Assembly: GCA_041750195.1 (NCBI GenBank)
Contig: JBGSZX010000043.1
Span: forward strand, 77,650-141,649
Length of the DNA: 64,000 nucleotides
Reading direction: 5' to 3'
Origin: Bdellovibrionota bacterium
GTDB taxonomy: Bacteria > Bdellovibrionota > UBA2428
Of this stretch, positions 38,512 to 48,585 are shown piece after piece. Each line of letters opens with the position of its first letter. Within the stretch, counting starts at the first letter, position 1. Under the pieces are notes generated by a model, which had not been told where the DNA came from, did not search any database, and worked only from the letters and a program-made list of their open reading frames with translations. Position numbers and translations under genes: made by a program.

Positions 38512-39786
38512 TCAGTGTAAAGTTTTTGACCCTTTGCCTTTTTTAGGGGGCTTTGCGGACTTTTGAGGGCCTTTTTTCTTTTTTTTCTCCAAAAAAAGTA
38601 AGGTTTCAATATGGGCTGTTTGAGGGAACATATCGAAGGGTTCGATAGATTTAATCACGTATCCCTGCTCCGCCAATATTTTTGCATCTCTAGCCAAAGT
38701 TTTGGGATTGCATGACACGTAGATTATTTTTTTCGCGGGTTTTTTTAGAATGAGCTCAAGCACTTCCTTCTCGCACCCCTTACGAGGAGGATTTAGAACC
38801 ACCCAATCGGGCAAACCCCATTCCTTATGAAAAATATTTACGCCTTCGAGTGCGTCTGCACACAGATGCAGAACATTATTAATTTTATTTCTTCGAGCAG
38901 CGGTCACACCCTCTAAAGCTGCAGGTCCAACTTCTTCAACCGACAAAACATTTTCAGTTTTAGATGCCAAGTGCATTCCCATTAGCCCCAAACCACCATA
39001 CAAATCTAGCCCCTGCGAAAAAGGTCCTTTGCCAACAATTTCTTTCACTCTCAAATATAGTTTTGAAGCTTGTCCGCTGTTAACTTGCAAAAAAGAAAGT
39101 GGGCCAATTGATACACGCAATGCCCCCATCTGCTCGGTAAGCTCTGCATTTTTACTCAAAAAGCGATTGGCTTCACCTAACAATACATTTCCAGGATCGT
39201 CGTTAATATTTTGGACAATAGCGACAATTTCTTTTCCAAATTTTTCTTTCAATTCATCGACCAACTTCGACAAGCCAGGAACAGTTTTTCGCGTCGTCAC
39301 AAAGACACACATGACTTTTTTATCTCTAAACGAATAGCGAACTATTAGATACCTTAAAGCAGCACCGGAAAAATCATCGTTTGCCACAGGAACACTTTGT
39401 AGAATGAGGTGTTTTTTGATAAATGCAGAAACTTCATTGATAAAAGGGGCATGTACCGAGCAGTGGGGAATGTCCACAACCTGATGCGTTCCCGCCTTAT
39501 AAATTCCCATCTTCAGCGTTTCTTCGGACTTGCTTGATCCCTGGATTATCCATTTAGCCTTATTTCGATAGCCCAACGTTTTAGGAGAAGGGACGCATTT
39601 TTTCATTTTTTCTTTGATTTGAGATTCAGAAAATCCCGCATTCACAAAAGCATCTAAAACCATAATTTCTTTTTGTCTTAGCTGCTCTTTATAGGATTGT
39701 TGGATCAAAGGGCACCCGCTGCATTCCTGCCAGTGGGGACAGGGTATTTTTGATTCGTCTTTCTCCATAAATTTCTGCTTCACCAA
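38512..39786 (-). CDS. Class I SAM-dependent RNA (uracil-5)-methyltransferase, RlmD/RumA family, with a lysine-rich C-terminal tail
   Basis: N-terminal Cys cluster CPHWQECSGCPL (4Fe-4S) and a C-terminal methyltransferase fold. The tail is KKKKKGPQKSAKPPKKGKGSK. Confidence 0.65.
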   Translation of the reverse strand: MVKQKFMEKDESKIPCPHWQECSGCPLIQQSYKEQLRQKEIMVLDAFVNAGFSESQIKEKMKKCVPSPKTLGYRNKAKWIIQGSSKSEETLKMGIYKAGTHQVVDIPHCSVHAPFINEVSAFIKKHLILQSVPVANDDFSGAALRYLIVRYSFRDKKVMCVFVTTRKTVPGLSKLVDELKEKFGKEIVAIVQNINDDPGNVLLGEANRFLSKNAELTEQMGALRVSIGPLSFLQVNSGQASKLYLRVKEIVGKGPFSQGLDLYGGLGLMGMHLASKTENVLSVEEVGPAALEGVTAARRNKINNVLHLCADALEGVNIFHKEWGLPDWVVLNPPRKGCEKEVLELILKKPAKKIIYVSCNPKTLARDAKILAEQGYVIKSIEPFDMFPQTAHIETLLFLEKKKKKGPQKSAKPPKKGKGSKTLH

Positions 39787-39801
39787 AAGGGATTTTCCCC
39801 T

Positions 39802-40518
39802 TTACTTGGCAGCGCCTCCATCACTCGATCCAGACGCCGATTTTCCACCTTCAGCTTCCGCCCCACCATTTGTTGGAAACGGTGAACCGCCCTCTGAGTC
39901 TCCCCTACCACATTTGAGATCCTGTAAATATATAGGAGGAGTTTGGCCCGTATAGTAAACAATAAACGTTGATTGCCCTGTGAATCCCGGCCTAAATTCC
40001 ACACGGTTTCCATTTTCTGCGTAAAAAATCATGGAGGCTCGATCGATTAAATTGATATAATTTTCGACTTGGATGATCTTCCGCTTTCCACCTTCATCAA
40101 CAAACCTGTTGTAATGATTTTCCTTGGTCACAATAGATTCTACTCGCCCATCATGAAGTGTCCGACGAAAGACAAATGAAATATATCCCTCTTTATCCAT
40201 CACCTGATGAATTTCCCATTCAGAAAAGCTTTTCTGAATATTGAGCCTCATTTTGTCGCGAGCCAACAATCTAGATTTTCGATTTGTTTTCCTCGAGATC
40301 CAAGGAATCTGATCAATAACAAGGCATGATGCGATCTGATTGAGCGTAAGCCCTGTTTTAAAAATAGGCTTGCTGACAACCTTCTGCCTAACAGCTGTAG
40401 AACTCCCAACATCCTCATAGAACCCTGATCCGTCTTTTTTCTTTTTTTGATCTAATGATTGCGCCGAAACTGCACTCGTCGACATGGCAAAAAATAATAT
40501 GACAAATAGGGTCCGCAT
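39802..40518 (-). CDS. Hypothetical periplasmic protein with a Gly/Ser-rich C-terminus
   Basis: Signal peptide MRTLFVILFFAMSTSAVSA. No recognised motif. Confidence 0.5.
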   Translation of the reverse strand: MRTLFVILFFAMSTSAVSAQSLDQKKKKDGSGFYEDVGSSTAVRQKVVSKPIFKTGLTLNQIASCLVIDQIPWISRKTNRKSRLLARDKMRLNIQKSFSEWEIHQVMDKEGYISFVFRRTLHDGRVESIVTKENHYNRFVDEGGKRKIIQVENYINLIDRASMIFYAENGNRVEFRPGFTGQSTFIVYYTGQTPPIYLQDLKCGRGDSEGGSPFPTNGGAEAEGGKSASGSSDGGAAK

Positions 40519-40532
40519 TAGCTTAAATTGTA

Positions 40533-41738
40533 TCAGAACAAATCTCTAAGAACACGGTTCCGAGCCATGAGCCTTTGACGGGCCTTATATTCACGATGCC
40601 GGCTTCGGCCACCGATGGCCTCGACATAGGATTCTTTATCCAAAATCTGGACCTCGAACGGGTAATAAAAGGTTCGCTTTTCCCTGAGCGTAATAGGGAC
40701 TTGCTTTAACGCTTCAGCAACACCTTTTTCGTGAATAATTTGAGACTTTAAATCGGTCCAAAACATGAATGTCGGATCGGGAGCGACAATTAACTGACGG
40801 CAGGTAAATTGAATGGCTCTATACCACGATGAAGAGAATCTATTTTTAATACTCTTCAATGAAACCGCAGTTTCATTCTCCATCTTTCGAAGAGCATAAT
40901 GAAACGATGCCTCGTCAAGATCATTAGCCTCTATTTGATGCCCCATGTCCTCGACAAAATTACGAAAAGTTTCGGTAGGAATAAGCGTATTCAGAGAACG
41001 TTGGGGATGAATATTGGTTGGCGAAACCAGGCCAGTTTCGAAGAGAACCCGAACTAACTGAAAAGCCTCCCAACGGGTTTCAGTTACAAATCTAAAGCCG
41101 ATACGATCATAGATAGCTTCAACCATGGTCTTGGGCTTTGAAAGCAACTTTACCAAGGTCGAATTGCGATCTTTTCTTTCTTTTTTAAGGTAGCGAACTA
41201 GCTTTACGCTATTTTTACCCTGGCCAAGGGTCCATCTTCTTTCGTCAGCAACGGGTTGAATCATGCGATCAAATCTCTGAAAAATTTGCTCTCTCGCATA
41301 GCGAAAATTCTCAAACCTCACATCGTTGTCCAGATGAGAAATAATATGCATAACCCTAAGCACAGCACAGCTCCAGCGACTTGCAGCCGTGGGCGTGTTC
41401 TTTGAAGCCTCCTGTAGGAGCCTAAGAATATCACTTTGGTTGCCCCTGGTTAAAAAGGATTCAGGAATGTCTTCGCCATCATTCAACAAAGCATTTCTTA
41501 AAAAGGAGACTGCCTCAAAATAAATTTTCCAAATTTCTTCTCGTTCAATGGGAGACTCCGGATCATAACCGTAGGACTCCAAAAACTGAGCAGCCTCTTG
41601 CTTTGAGTGAATGTTTAATTTTTGAACGTCGACGTACGAACGACCTTCGGTCGCAGCATAAAGAGCATCCCAATCAAAATTGATCTGATCCAAAATTACC
41701 AGGCGTCTCCGTCGTCGGAACCTCGACGCGAAGACCAA
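40533..41738 (-). CDS. Hypothetical 401-aa cytoplasmic protein; possible nucleotidyltransferase (RelA/SpoT-like) fold, low confidence
   Basis: YDRIGFRFV, LVRVLFETGLVSP and RSLNTLI segments loosely resemble the D-x-x-G-x-R strand, the hG-h-P strand and the SLHT motifs of RSH synthetase domains. A possible TTG start at 41691-41693 would remove the 43-bp overlap with the upstream gene. Confidence 0.5.
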   Translation of the reverse strand: MVFASRFRRRRRLVILDQINFDWDALYAATEGRSYVDVQKLNIHSKQEAAQFLESYGYDPESPIEREEIWKIYFEAVSFLRNALLNDGEDIPESFLTRGNQSDILRLLQEASKNTPTAASRWSCAVLRVMHIISHLDNDVRFENFRYAREQIFQRFDRMIQPVADERRWTLGQGKNSVKLVRYLKKERKDRNSTLVKLLSKPKTMVEAIYDRIGFRFVTETRWEAFQLVRVLFETGLVSPTNIHPQRSLNTLIPTETFRNFVEDMGHQIEANDLDEASFHYALRKMENETAVSLKSIKNRFSSSWYRAIQFTCRQLIVAPDPTFMFWTDLKSQIIHEKGVAEALKQVPITLREKRTFYYPFEVQILDKESYVEAIGGRSRHREYKARQRLMARNRVLRDLF

Positions 41739-42415
41739 TCTTCATCGTCCTCACTCCACTCGTCGGAATCATCAAAATCGGTATCGCTATCTTCTTCGTC
41801 CTCAGTCGCCTCAATACCTGTTGGGTCGTCTTTCCACCAAGGAGGAGGTCCTTCGGAGACTTCTTCTTCAACCTCTTCTTCCCCTTCAAATTCAATCTTC
41901 GCTTCATCTTCTTCATCGTCATCTTCGCTATCGCCCTCGTCGGCAAATGAATCAAAGCGGCTGGCACTAAACGAATCATCATCAAGATCTTCGTCATCAT
42001 CATAAATACTTTTTGAAGAAGCCGATCGGCTAGGGCCCTCACCAAACTTCTCGCCATCATTGTCAAAGTCTTCTAGGTCTTCGATCTCATCCAATTCGTC
42101 ATCGTCCCCCGACAAAATAGCTTTTGCTTTGGACGGCTTTAGCGGAGCCGGTTTTGAACTCTCCGAATTTTTTAGAGCAGGCTTCTTGGATACTTTACTA
42201 GACGTTGAAGCACTTGCTTTTTTGTCTGTGGATTTTGCCACAGTTTTAGCTCCAGATTTAGCTCCAGATTTTGCCGCAGCTTTAACTGACGTTTTAGCAG
42301 CAGGCTTTGTCGCCGCCTTTTTCGCTGCAGTTTTTGTAGTTTTCTTTACAGCTTTTTTCGCCGTCTTATTCTTTGTAGCCATTCCAGGTCCTTTCACCTT
42401 TGTAATGTCCCTCAC
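41696..42415 (-). CDS. Dipolar low-complexity protein: Lys/Ala/Thr-rich histone-H1-like N-terminal region followed by a long Asp/Glu-rich acidic tail
   Basis: N-terminus AKKAVKKTTKTAAKKAATKPAAKTSVKAAAKSGAKSGAKTVAKS. C-terminus about 150 aa rich in D/E (DDDEDLDDDSF...EDEEDSDTDFDDSDEW). Coding on this strand is supported by a long ORF in a compositionally biased region. Confidence 0.5.
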   Translation of the reverse strand: MRDITKVKGPGMATKNKTAKKAVKKTTKTAAKKAATKPAAKTSVKAAAKSGAKSGAKTVAKSTDKKASASTSSKVSKKPALKNSESSKPAPLKPSKAKAILSGDDDELDEIEDLEDFDNDGEKFGEGPSRSASSKSIYDDDEDLDDDSFSASRFDSFADEGDSEDDDEEDEAKIEFEGEEEVEEEVSEGPPPWWKDDPTGIEATEDEEDSDTDFDDSDEWSEDDEDWSSRRGSDDGDAW

Positions 42416-42498
42416 TTGATCTATGCTTAAGGAACAAACTCGGGTTAAAAGGCTCCCTTCGGAGTGTCAAGCGAGTAGATTGAGCAATAGAAAGAAAA

Positions 42499-43239
42499 AT
42501 GAATAGAATCCTCCTTAAGAGTCCAGACCTAGCCATTGTAAACAAACCGGCGGACTGTCACAGCAATGAATGGTATGAGGGTCTACTATTAGACGAAAAA
42601 TCGAACACGTCCCCCAAGGAAACATGCGGCGCGTTAGGCTTTGCCACCTGGCTTCCCGCACACAGGCTCGACTTTAAAACTAGCGGCTGTTTGCTGGTTT
42701 GCTCGCCCCAGACCGTCGATAATTACACTCAGCTTTTTAGATCTCATAGCCAAGACATTCAAAAAATTTATTTAGCAGACACCGGGGCCGCGCTAGCCGA
42801 CCAACTACTTGGTAGCCACGAAGGATTTATTGTAAGTCGCTACAGACGATCAAAATCCGTTCGCTTTCTTTATGGCGATGACCCCATCCTTTCGAGGAAG
42901 TGGCACTCTAAGCAAACGGTTGAACACGAAATCATTCCATGCCCAGCGACAAAGGAAGAACTTGAAATCTTAGGACTCAGTCCACACACTGTGGGCGTTC
43001 GACTTCTTACGGGGGCCAGACATCAAATACGAGCTTTTTTTGCGAGCCACAACATGCCTATCACAAATGATCCCATCTATGGGTTAGCGCAAGATGAAGA
43101 ATCTGAAAGTGGCGAAGATGGCCTTGTCGTCGAAAGTGACGACGGCGCCCATTTAACTCTAGGCCTTCACGCCTGGAGCTTAGAATTTACAGACCCTATT
43201 TCGAAAGAAAAAATATACGCCACCGCAAAGACACGTTAA
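42499..43239 (+). CDS. RluA-family pseudouridine synthase
   Basis: Catalytic HRLDFKTSGCLLV motif and C-terminal GARHQIRAFFASHNMPITNDPIYG. Confidence 0.75.
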   Translation: MNRILLKSPDLAIVNKPADCHSNEWYEGLLLDEKSNTSPKETCGALGFATWLPAHRLDFKTSGCLLVCSPQTVDNYTQLFRSHSQDIQKIYLADTGAALADQLLGSHEGFIVSRYRRSKSVRFLYGDDPILSRKWHSKQTVEHEIIPCPATKEELEILGLSPHTVGVRLLTGARHQIRAFFASHNMPITNDPIYGLAQDEESESGEDGLVVESDDGAHLTLGLHAWSLEFTDPISKEKIYATAKTR

Positions 43240-43288
43240 GCCCAATTGCAACTGGCTATCATTTTATGTCTATTTATTTTGAAATCTA

Positions 43289-43792
43289 TCAAAGTTCGTG
43301 AGTTGAAGATCCATCGGGATGGCTCTCTTTGCCATTTTTAGAACATCCAAATAACTCATACTGACGGTACCGCATTTGGCTTTGGCTCGCGACTGCCTCA
43401 AGCGTTTTTATAATTGTTTGTTGTTCCGAAAAATCGATCGCCAAATTACGCAACTCCGCAGATTCTGATTGAACGTCGGTTAAATCTGCCGCTTCATATT
43501 CACCAATGTATTTTTCAACCAGCTCAGATTCAGTAATTTTTTCAATCTTTATAGCAACGCCCTTTGCGAGCAGTCTTGCCCGAAGAACTTCTAATTTTTT
43601 ACGCGCTTTCTCTATCTCATGAGTTATCTTTTCGTACTTTTCAAGTTCCAAATTATACTGGCTCAGCATCGAATCTCTCATTGCATCCGCCGATTTACAC
43701 TTTAGATCAATTTCTTTCATTTCGACTGCGTTTGAGGGCAGAGAAAGTGTAAAAGTTAACAAACAAATAGCGACTCTAAGAATATGCTTCAT
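43289..43792 (-). CDS. Hypothetical secreted coiled-coil protein
   Basis: Signal peptide present. Heptad-like E/K/L-rich sequence. Confidence 0.45.
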   Translation of the reverse strand: MKHILRVAICLLTFTLSLPSNAVEMKEIDLKCKSADAMRDSMLSQYNLELEKYEKITHEIEKARKKLEVLRARLLAKGVAIKIEKITESELVEKYIGEYEAADLTDVQSESAELRNLAIDFSEQQTIIKTLEAVASQSQMRYRQYELFGCSKNGKESHPDGSSTHEL

Positions 43793-43834
43793 ATGACAAA
43801 TTCTGCATCATATAAAAACAAAGAACAACTACTA

Positions 43835-46441
43835 TTACGCCAAGGCCTTTGACTTCATCACCAAAGATTTGACGCCCCCCTCGGAAGTCCCCACGTCAAC
43901 GCTAATGCGATCTCCGTCATGAAAGTCTCCGGTAAGGAGCTTTTTCGACAATGGAACTTGGAGCTGTTTGTAGACCACTCGCTTCAAAGGCCTCGCACCA
44001 AAGATAGGGTCAAACCCGGCTTCCGCAAGAAGATCTTTGGCTTCGGCACTAAGCTCAACAGCGAGATCACGATCTTTTAGAATTTTGTTGAGATCTTGAA
44101 CCTGAATGTCCACGATTCTTCTAATAAGCTCCTTATCAAGTGATCGAAATACAATCACATCGTCGATACGGTTGATAAACTCTGGACGCATATGTTGCCT
44201 CAAGCGTTCAATCAATTTTTGTTGCAAAACTTCCCGGCCTGCATCGATGTTTTCAAGAATCAAATCTGATCCAATATTACTGGTCATGATAATCACACAA
44301 TTTCTAAAATCAACTAAGCGACCTTGACCATCCGTAAGGCGGCCATCATCCAAAATCTGCAAGAGCACATTCAAAACATCCGGATGTGCTTTTTCTATTT
44401 CATCCAAAAGCACAACTGAGTAAGGTCTTCTTCGAACAGCTTCCGTTAATTGGCCGCCTTCTTCAAAGCCAACATATCCCGGAGGAGCTCCAATAAAGCG
44501 CGATACAGAATGTTTTTCCATATACTCACTCATGTCCATCCGAAGCATGCTTTGTTCGTCATCAAATAAAAATTCCGCAAGCGCTTTTGCCGTTTCTGTT
44601 TTTCCAACTCCCGTTGGTCCCAAGAACAAAAAAGACCCAATAGGTTTACTTGGATCTTTAAGCCCACTTCTTGCGAGCCTCACCGCATCGGCCACAGCCG
44701 TCAGAGCCTCTTCTTGCCCAACGACTCGTTCGCGCAACTTATCTTCTAGCTGTAAAAGCTTTTCATTCTCACCACGAATCAATTTTGAGACCGGAACTCC
44801 GGTCCATCTAGAGACAACCCCAGCAATATCTTCCGCGTCGACTTCTTCTTTTAAAACTCTTTGATCGACCTGGATGTCCTGAAGCTCCTTCTGAGCTAGA
44901 GCAATCGTTTTTTTAAGTTCAGGCAATTTTCCATACTTGATTTCAGCAGCATGCTGCAAGTCTGCGTTTCGCTCTGATCGTTCGAGATCCGCACTCAGTC
45001 GCTCTGACTCTTCTTTTAAATTTCTAAGCTTAAGAATTTGCTCTTTCTCTTTAAGCCAATGGGTTTTTAAAACATCGACCTCCGCCTTTTGAGTGGCAAT
45101 CCGCCCCTCAATCTCCTTAAGTCTTTTCAAGCTGTCGACATCGGTTTCTTTTTTTAGAGCCTCTTGCTCAACTTCAAGCTGAGTGAGTTCTCGAACTTTT
45201 TCATCAATAGCACTAGGCATGGAGTCAATTTCTATTCTTAGCTTTGCGGCCGACTCATCCATAAGGTCAATGGCCTTGTCTGGTAAAAAGCGATCGCTGA
45301 TGTATCGATTAGAAAGTTCCGCAGCTGCAACCAGTGCCGAATCTTGAATTCGAACTCCATGATGGACTTCATATTTTTCTTTAAGTCCCCTAAGAATTGA
45401 AATGGTGTCTTCGACACTCGGCTCTCCAACAAAAACCTGTTGAAATCTTCGCTCAAGAGCTGGATCTTTTTCTACATATTTTTTGTACTCATCAAGTGTC
45501 GTGGCCCCAATGCAACGAAGCTCACCCCTTGCAAGCGCCGGCTTTAACAAGTTTCCAGCATCCATAGCACCGTCAGATTTTCCGGCGCCAATCAGGGTGT
45601 GGAGCTCATCAATAAACAAAATGATTTCGCCTTGCGATTCTTGAACCTCTTTGAGAAATGATTTTAATCTCTCCTCAAACTCACCTCTATATTTTGCGCC
45701 GGCAACCATGGCCCCCAAATCTAGGGAACGTAGTTGTCTGTGCTTTAAACTTTCGGGGACATCTCCATTTATGATTCTCTGTGCAAGGCCCTCTGCAATC
45801 GCAGTCTTGCCCACTCCCGGCTCTCCAATAAGAACAGGATTATTTTTTGTTCTTCGCGATAAGACCTGAACCACTCTTCTGATTTCTTCATCACGTCCAA
45901 TGACGGGATCTAGCTTTCCCTCTGCGGCGAGCTTTGTGAGATCTTGCGAATATTTATCGAGAGCCCCATAGCCTTCTTCAGCCTGGGCGCTATGCGCTTT
46001 AGCCTTGCCGCCTCTCGCTTTAACAAAATTCCCTTTTAATTTTTCTAGGCTCCATCGAGGCCCTGTAAGCTGCGACGATATGGCATTATCTTGAGATAAA
46101 ATACCTAAAAATAAATGTTCAACAGTCACAACAGAATCGCCCATTTCAGTAGCGACATTTTCTGAAGTTTGCAAAACTCTTTGTAACTCAGCCGAGATTC
46201 CGACCCCGCCTCGTTGTCCAGAAACCGTGGGCAATTTTTTCTGCGCACTTATTGCTGCTGCTCTAAAATCTTGTAGCAGCGCCTGCTGCGTCAATACATT
46301 TACAACTGGCGATCCGCTATCTTCAACCAAAACCGTGGCCAAGTGTGCCGTTTCCAAAACTGGATTATTTTTTGACTCGGCAAGTTTCTGCGCCGTAGCC
46401 AAAGCCTTCTGAGCTAATTCTGTGTATCTTTCAAAGTTCAT
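43835..46441 (-). CDS. clpB: ATP-dependent chaperone ClpB
   Basis: Two AAA+ modules ([13 protein letters not shown] and [13 protein letters not shown] Walker A), a long coiled-coil middle domain and a Clp N-domain. 868 aa. Confidence 0.95.
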   Translation of the reverse strand: MNFERYTELAQKALATAQKLAESKNNPVLETAHLATVLVEDSGSPVVNVLTQQALLQDFRAAAISAQKKLPTVSGQRGGVGISAELQRVLQTSENVATEMGDSVVTVEHLFLGILSQDNAISSQLTGPRWSLEKLKGNFVKARGGKAKAHSAQAEEGYGALDKYSQDLTKLAAEGKLDPVIGRDEEIRRVVQVLSRRTKNNPVLIGEPGVGKTAIAEGLAQRIINGDVPESLKHRQLRSLDLGAMVAGAKYRGEFEERLKSFLKEVQESQGEIILFIDELHTLIGAGKSDGAMDAGNLLKPALARGELRCIGATTLDEYKKYVEKDPALERRFQQVFVGEPSVEDTISILRGLKEKYEVHHGVRIQDSALVAAAELSNRYISDRFLPDKAIDLMDESAAKLRIEIDSMPSAIDEKVRELTQLEVEQEALKKETDVDSLKRLKEIEGRIATQKAEVDVLKTHWLKEKEQILKLRNLKEESERLSADLERSERNADLQHAAEIKYGKLPELKKTIALAQKELQDIQVDQRVLKEEVDAEDIAGVVSRWTGVPVSKLIRGENEKLLQLEDKLRERVVGQEEALTAVADAVRLARSGLKDPSKPIGSFLFLGPTGVGKTETAKALAEFLFDDEQSMLRMDMSEYMEKHSVSRFIGAPPGYVGFEEGGQLTEAVRRRPYSVVLLDEIEKAHPDVLNVLLQILDDGRLTDGQGRLVDFRNCVIIMTSNIGSDLILENIDAGREVLQQKLIERLRQHMRPEFINRIDDVIVFRSLDKELIRRIVDIQVQDLNKILKDRDLAVELSAEAKDLLAEAGFDPIFGARPLKRVVYKQLQVPLSKKLLTGDFHDGDRISVDVGTSEGGVKSLVMKSKALA

Positions 46442-46521
46442 CCTTTAAACATGGGACCACATTCTCCCAGGTCAAGGGCCCCAATTTTAAAGAAATGATA
46501 AAGACATGAAATTGCGCGGAA

Positions 46522-47025
46522 TTATTCTTCGTCGTCGTCTTCGTCAACTTCTTGAATCTCTTCAAGATTGGCAGCTAAAAATGTTTCAGCTTCACGTTCA
46601 GCAATCATATCGCCGTCTGTAGAAATACTTTCTTTGAGGGCTCCAACCTTGTCGTCATTTTCAAGTTTTTGATGCGCCATAATCGCGTAGCGAATTTTTC
46701 CTGCTTTTTCGGCATTGCTAGCGCAAGATTCTAAGTCCGACGTAGGAATAAGGCCGTGTTTGAAGTGCATTATTTTTAGCAGTAAAAAAGTATCACCATC
46801 TTGCACGAGCGTCTTAGACAAAGCCTGCAGTTCGTCTTCGGCGCCTGCCTTCCAAAAAAAATCGATGGCATCGCTTAGTTGGTCAGCGGCCAAATATCTC
46901 TTTGCATGCGACAAAAAAGTGGCGGCGTCTACGGCCTTAGCACCGTGCAGTATGTCTCTTTTTGCGATCGAATCAGGTAAAGCTTTCAAGTTTTTGTGCT
47001 CCTCTTCCGATCTATACCAAAACAC
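46522..47025 (-). CDS. Hypothetical protein with an acidic C-terminus
   Basis: 167-aa ORF ending EVDEDDDEE; no motif recognised. Confidence 0.4.
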   Translation of the reverse strand: MFWYRSEEEHKNLKALPDSIAKRDILHGAKAVDAATFLSHAKRYLAADQLSDAIDFFWKAGAEDELQALSKTLVQDGDTFLLLKIMHFKHGLIPTSDLESCASNAEKAGKIRYAIMAHQKLENDDKVGALKESISTDGDMIAEREAETFLAANLEEIQEVDEDDDEE

Positions 47026-47055
47026 AGTCTTTAACCGTTCTCAAGGAGGGGAGCT

Positions 47056-47292
47056 ATGACAAAAAAATCTTTAGCGCACGAAACACTATTTAGGAAGTTT
47101 CCAACAAGGCAATCCGTAAAGACCCTGTATCAAAATCTAGGTGGAAAATGGTACGCCTTCGCCGATGTGAATGGCGAAGCCTATTTTGCCCCGCTCGATT
47201 TCATTAAGACCGAATCCTCCAGAGTCATTTCCTTTAAAGAAGAAGACGCTCTAGAACAAAATGAGCCCTGCACCAAAACCAAAGATGCTTAA
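47056..47292 (+). CDS. Hypothetical small protein (78 aa)
   Basis: Short ORF with a plausible GGAGG ribosome-binding site (aaggaggggagctATG). No homology recognised. Confidence 0.3.
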   Translation: MTKKSLAHETLFRKFPTRQSVKTLYQNLGGKWYAFADVNGEAYFAPLDFIKTESSRVISFKEEDALEQNEPCTKTKDA

Positions 47293-47339
47293 GCGAAGAT
47301 CTTGCAGGATGACACATTCAATGACTTAATAAGGACACT

Positions 47340-47714
47340 ATGAGTACTGAAGAAGAAGACAGCCAGGGTGGCATAAACAGGCGATTAAAACCCCGTTATG
47401 CCGTAGACATCAGAATCGAAATGCTTACCAAGGGGCTTGACCATTACGTGGTAGAGCGCTGTGCCAACGTTTCGCTTGGTGGTGTTTTTGTTTGTTCCGA
47501 CTATTCAGCCCAAATGAACGAACGCGTTCACGTACGAATCATTCTTGCGGATCAAGATGCATACTTCGACGTTAAAACGGAAGTTGCCTGGATCTGCGAT
47601 GGCTCAGGCTCCCACCCCAAAGGACTAGGCTTAAGATTTATAGAGCTTAGTAAAGAGCAAGACATGATCATTGACCGTTTTCTTCGGGAATATGTGAATG
47701 TTCAAGGCGATTAA
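47340..47714 (+). CDS. PilZ-domain (c-di-GMP-binding) protein
   Basis: The RxxxR (RRLKPRYA) and D/NxSxGG (NVSLGGVFV) motifs have PilZ-like spacing. 124 aa. Overlaps the downstream YihY gene by 17 bp. Confidence 0.6.
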   Translation: MSTEEEDSQGGINRRLKPRYAVDIRIEMLTKGLDHYVVERCANVSLGGVFVCSDYSAQMNERVHVRIILADQDAYFDVKTEVAWICDGSGSHPKGLGLRFIELSKEQDMIIDRFLREYVNVQGD

Positions 47715-48585
47715 TTCCTTAAAAAAATTTTTCAAGCTTTTTAGCTCAGCAAGGATAGCAACTTTAGCTTCGTCACTTGCCTTTAATACTATTTTATCAA
47801 TCATTCCCTTAGTCAGTTTAGGCTTCTGGTATTTGCAAAGTGCAGGTGTCGCGCAATATTGGATAGACGAAGCCAGAAAATGGCTGCTTTCACATTTAGA
47901 AATTGGGAAAAGCGATCAATTCTTAGAAATATTTAATTCATTAACCACAACTACTGGCAGCGCAAGCTGGGGCTATGTTGGTTTGGGCGTTTTTTTATAC
48001 ACCGGCTTTACCTTGCTATTGAGTATCGGCAACGCCTTGGACGATATTCTAAAAGTAGAAGAACTCCAGATTTCTTTAAAAAGAACCGCTGTACACACCT
48101 GGATTCGGCGAGGACTTTTTTTAATTCTACTCCCGCTTATTTTAGGCTTGTCGTCAGGCATCATGCTCTGGATAAGAAATGAATCATGGTTGAGTGTGAT
48201 CTTTGAAATTGAAACCTATGGACTATGGCTCGCAAGACCGTTGCCATGGCTTATAGATTTTTTAGCCTTTTGGCTGCTCTATTTTTATGTGCCCAATACC
48301 AAAATCACAAGGAAACAAGCAGCTAGTGCCGCCCTATTTGTAACACCCCTTTTTATCTTGGGTAAAATGGGGATGAGCTATTATAGCTCTTACGCACTGA
48401 CGACCCAAAAAATTTATGGCGCCTTTGCGATTGCCCCACTTTTGATGCTTTGGGTTTATTGGGCCTGGCTAATCGTACTTAGCGGCGCACTATTGATTCA
48501 TCCCTCGCCCAACACTCAGACGAATCAAGTGAAACCGACCAAAAAACCAAAGCGCACGAACCCAATAAAAAAAGCTAAGAAATAA
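47698..48585 (+). CDS. YihY/BrkB (virulence factor BrkB) family inner-membrane protein
   Basis: N-terminal ...SARIATLASSLAFNTILSIIPLVSL signature and about six TM helices. Confidence 0.65.
   Translation: MFKAINSLKKFFKLFSSARIATLASSLAFNTILSIIPLVSLGFWYLQSAGVAQYWIDEARKWLLSHLEIGKSDQFLEIFNSLTTTTGSASWGYVGLGVFLYTGFTLLLSIGNALDDILKVEELQISLKRTAVHTWIRRGLFLILLPLILGLSSGIMLWIRNESWLSVIFEIETYGLWLARPLPWLIDFLAFWLLYFYVPNTKITRKQAASAALFVTPLFILGKMGMSYYSSYALTTQKIYGAFAIAPLLMLWVYWAWLIVLSGALLIHPSPNTQTNQVKPTKKPKRTNPIKKAKK

Noticed and set aside
41622-42419. Overlapping ORFs at 41622-42005 (+), 41674-42066 (-) and 42060-42419 (+) with Ser-rich, Lys-rich or Ala/Phe-rich translations
   Set aside because: They are compositional artefacts of the KA-rich/acidic gene. 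Only the 41696-42415 minus frame gives a coherent basic-head and acidic-tail protein.
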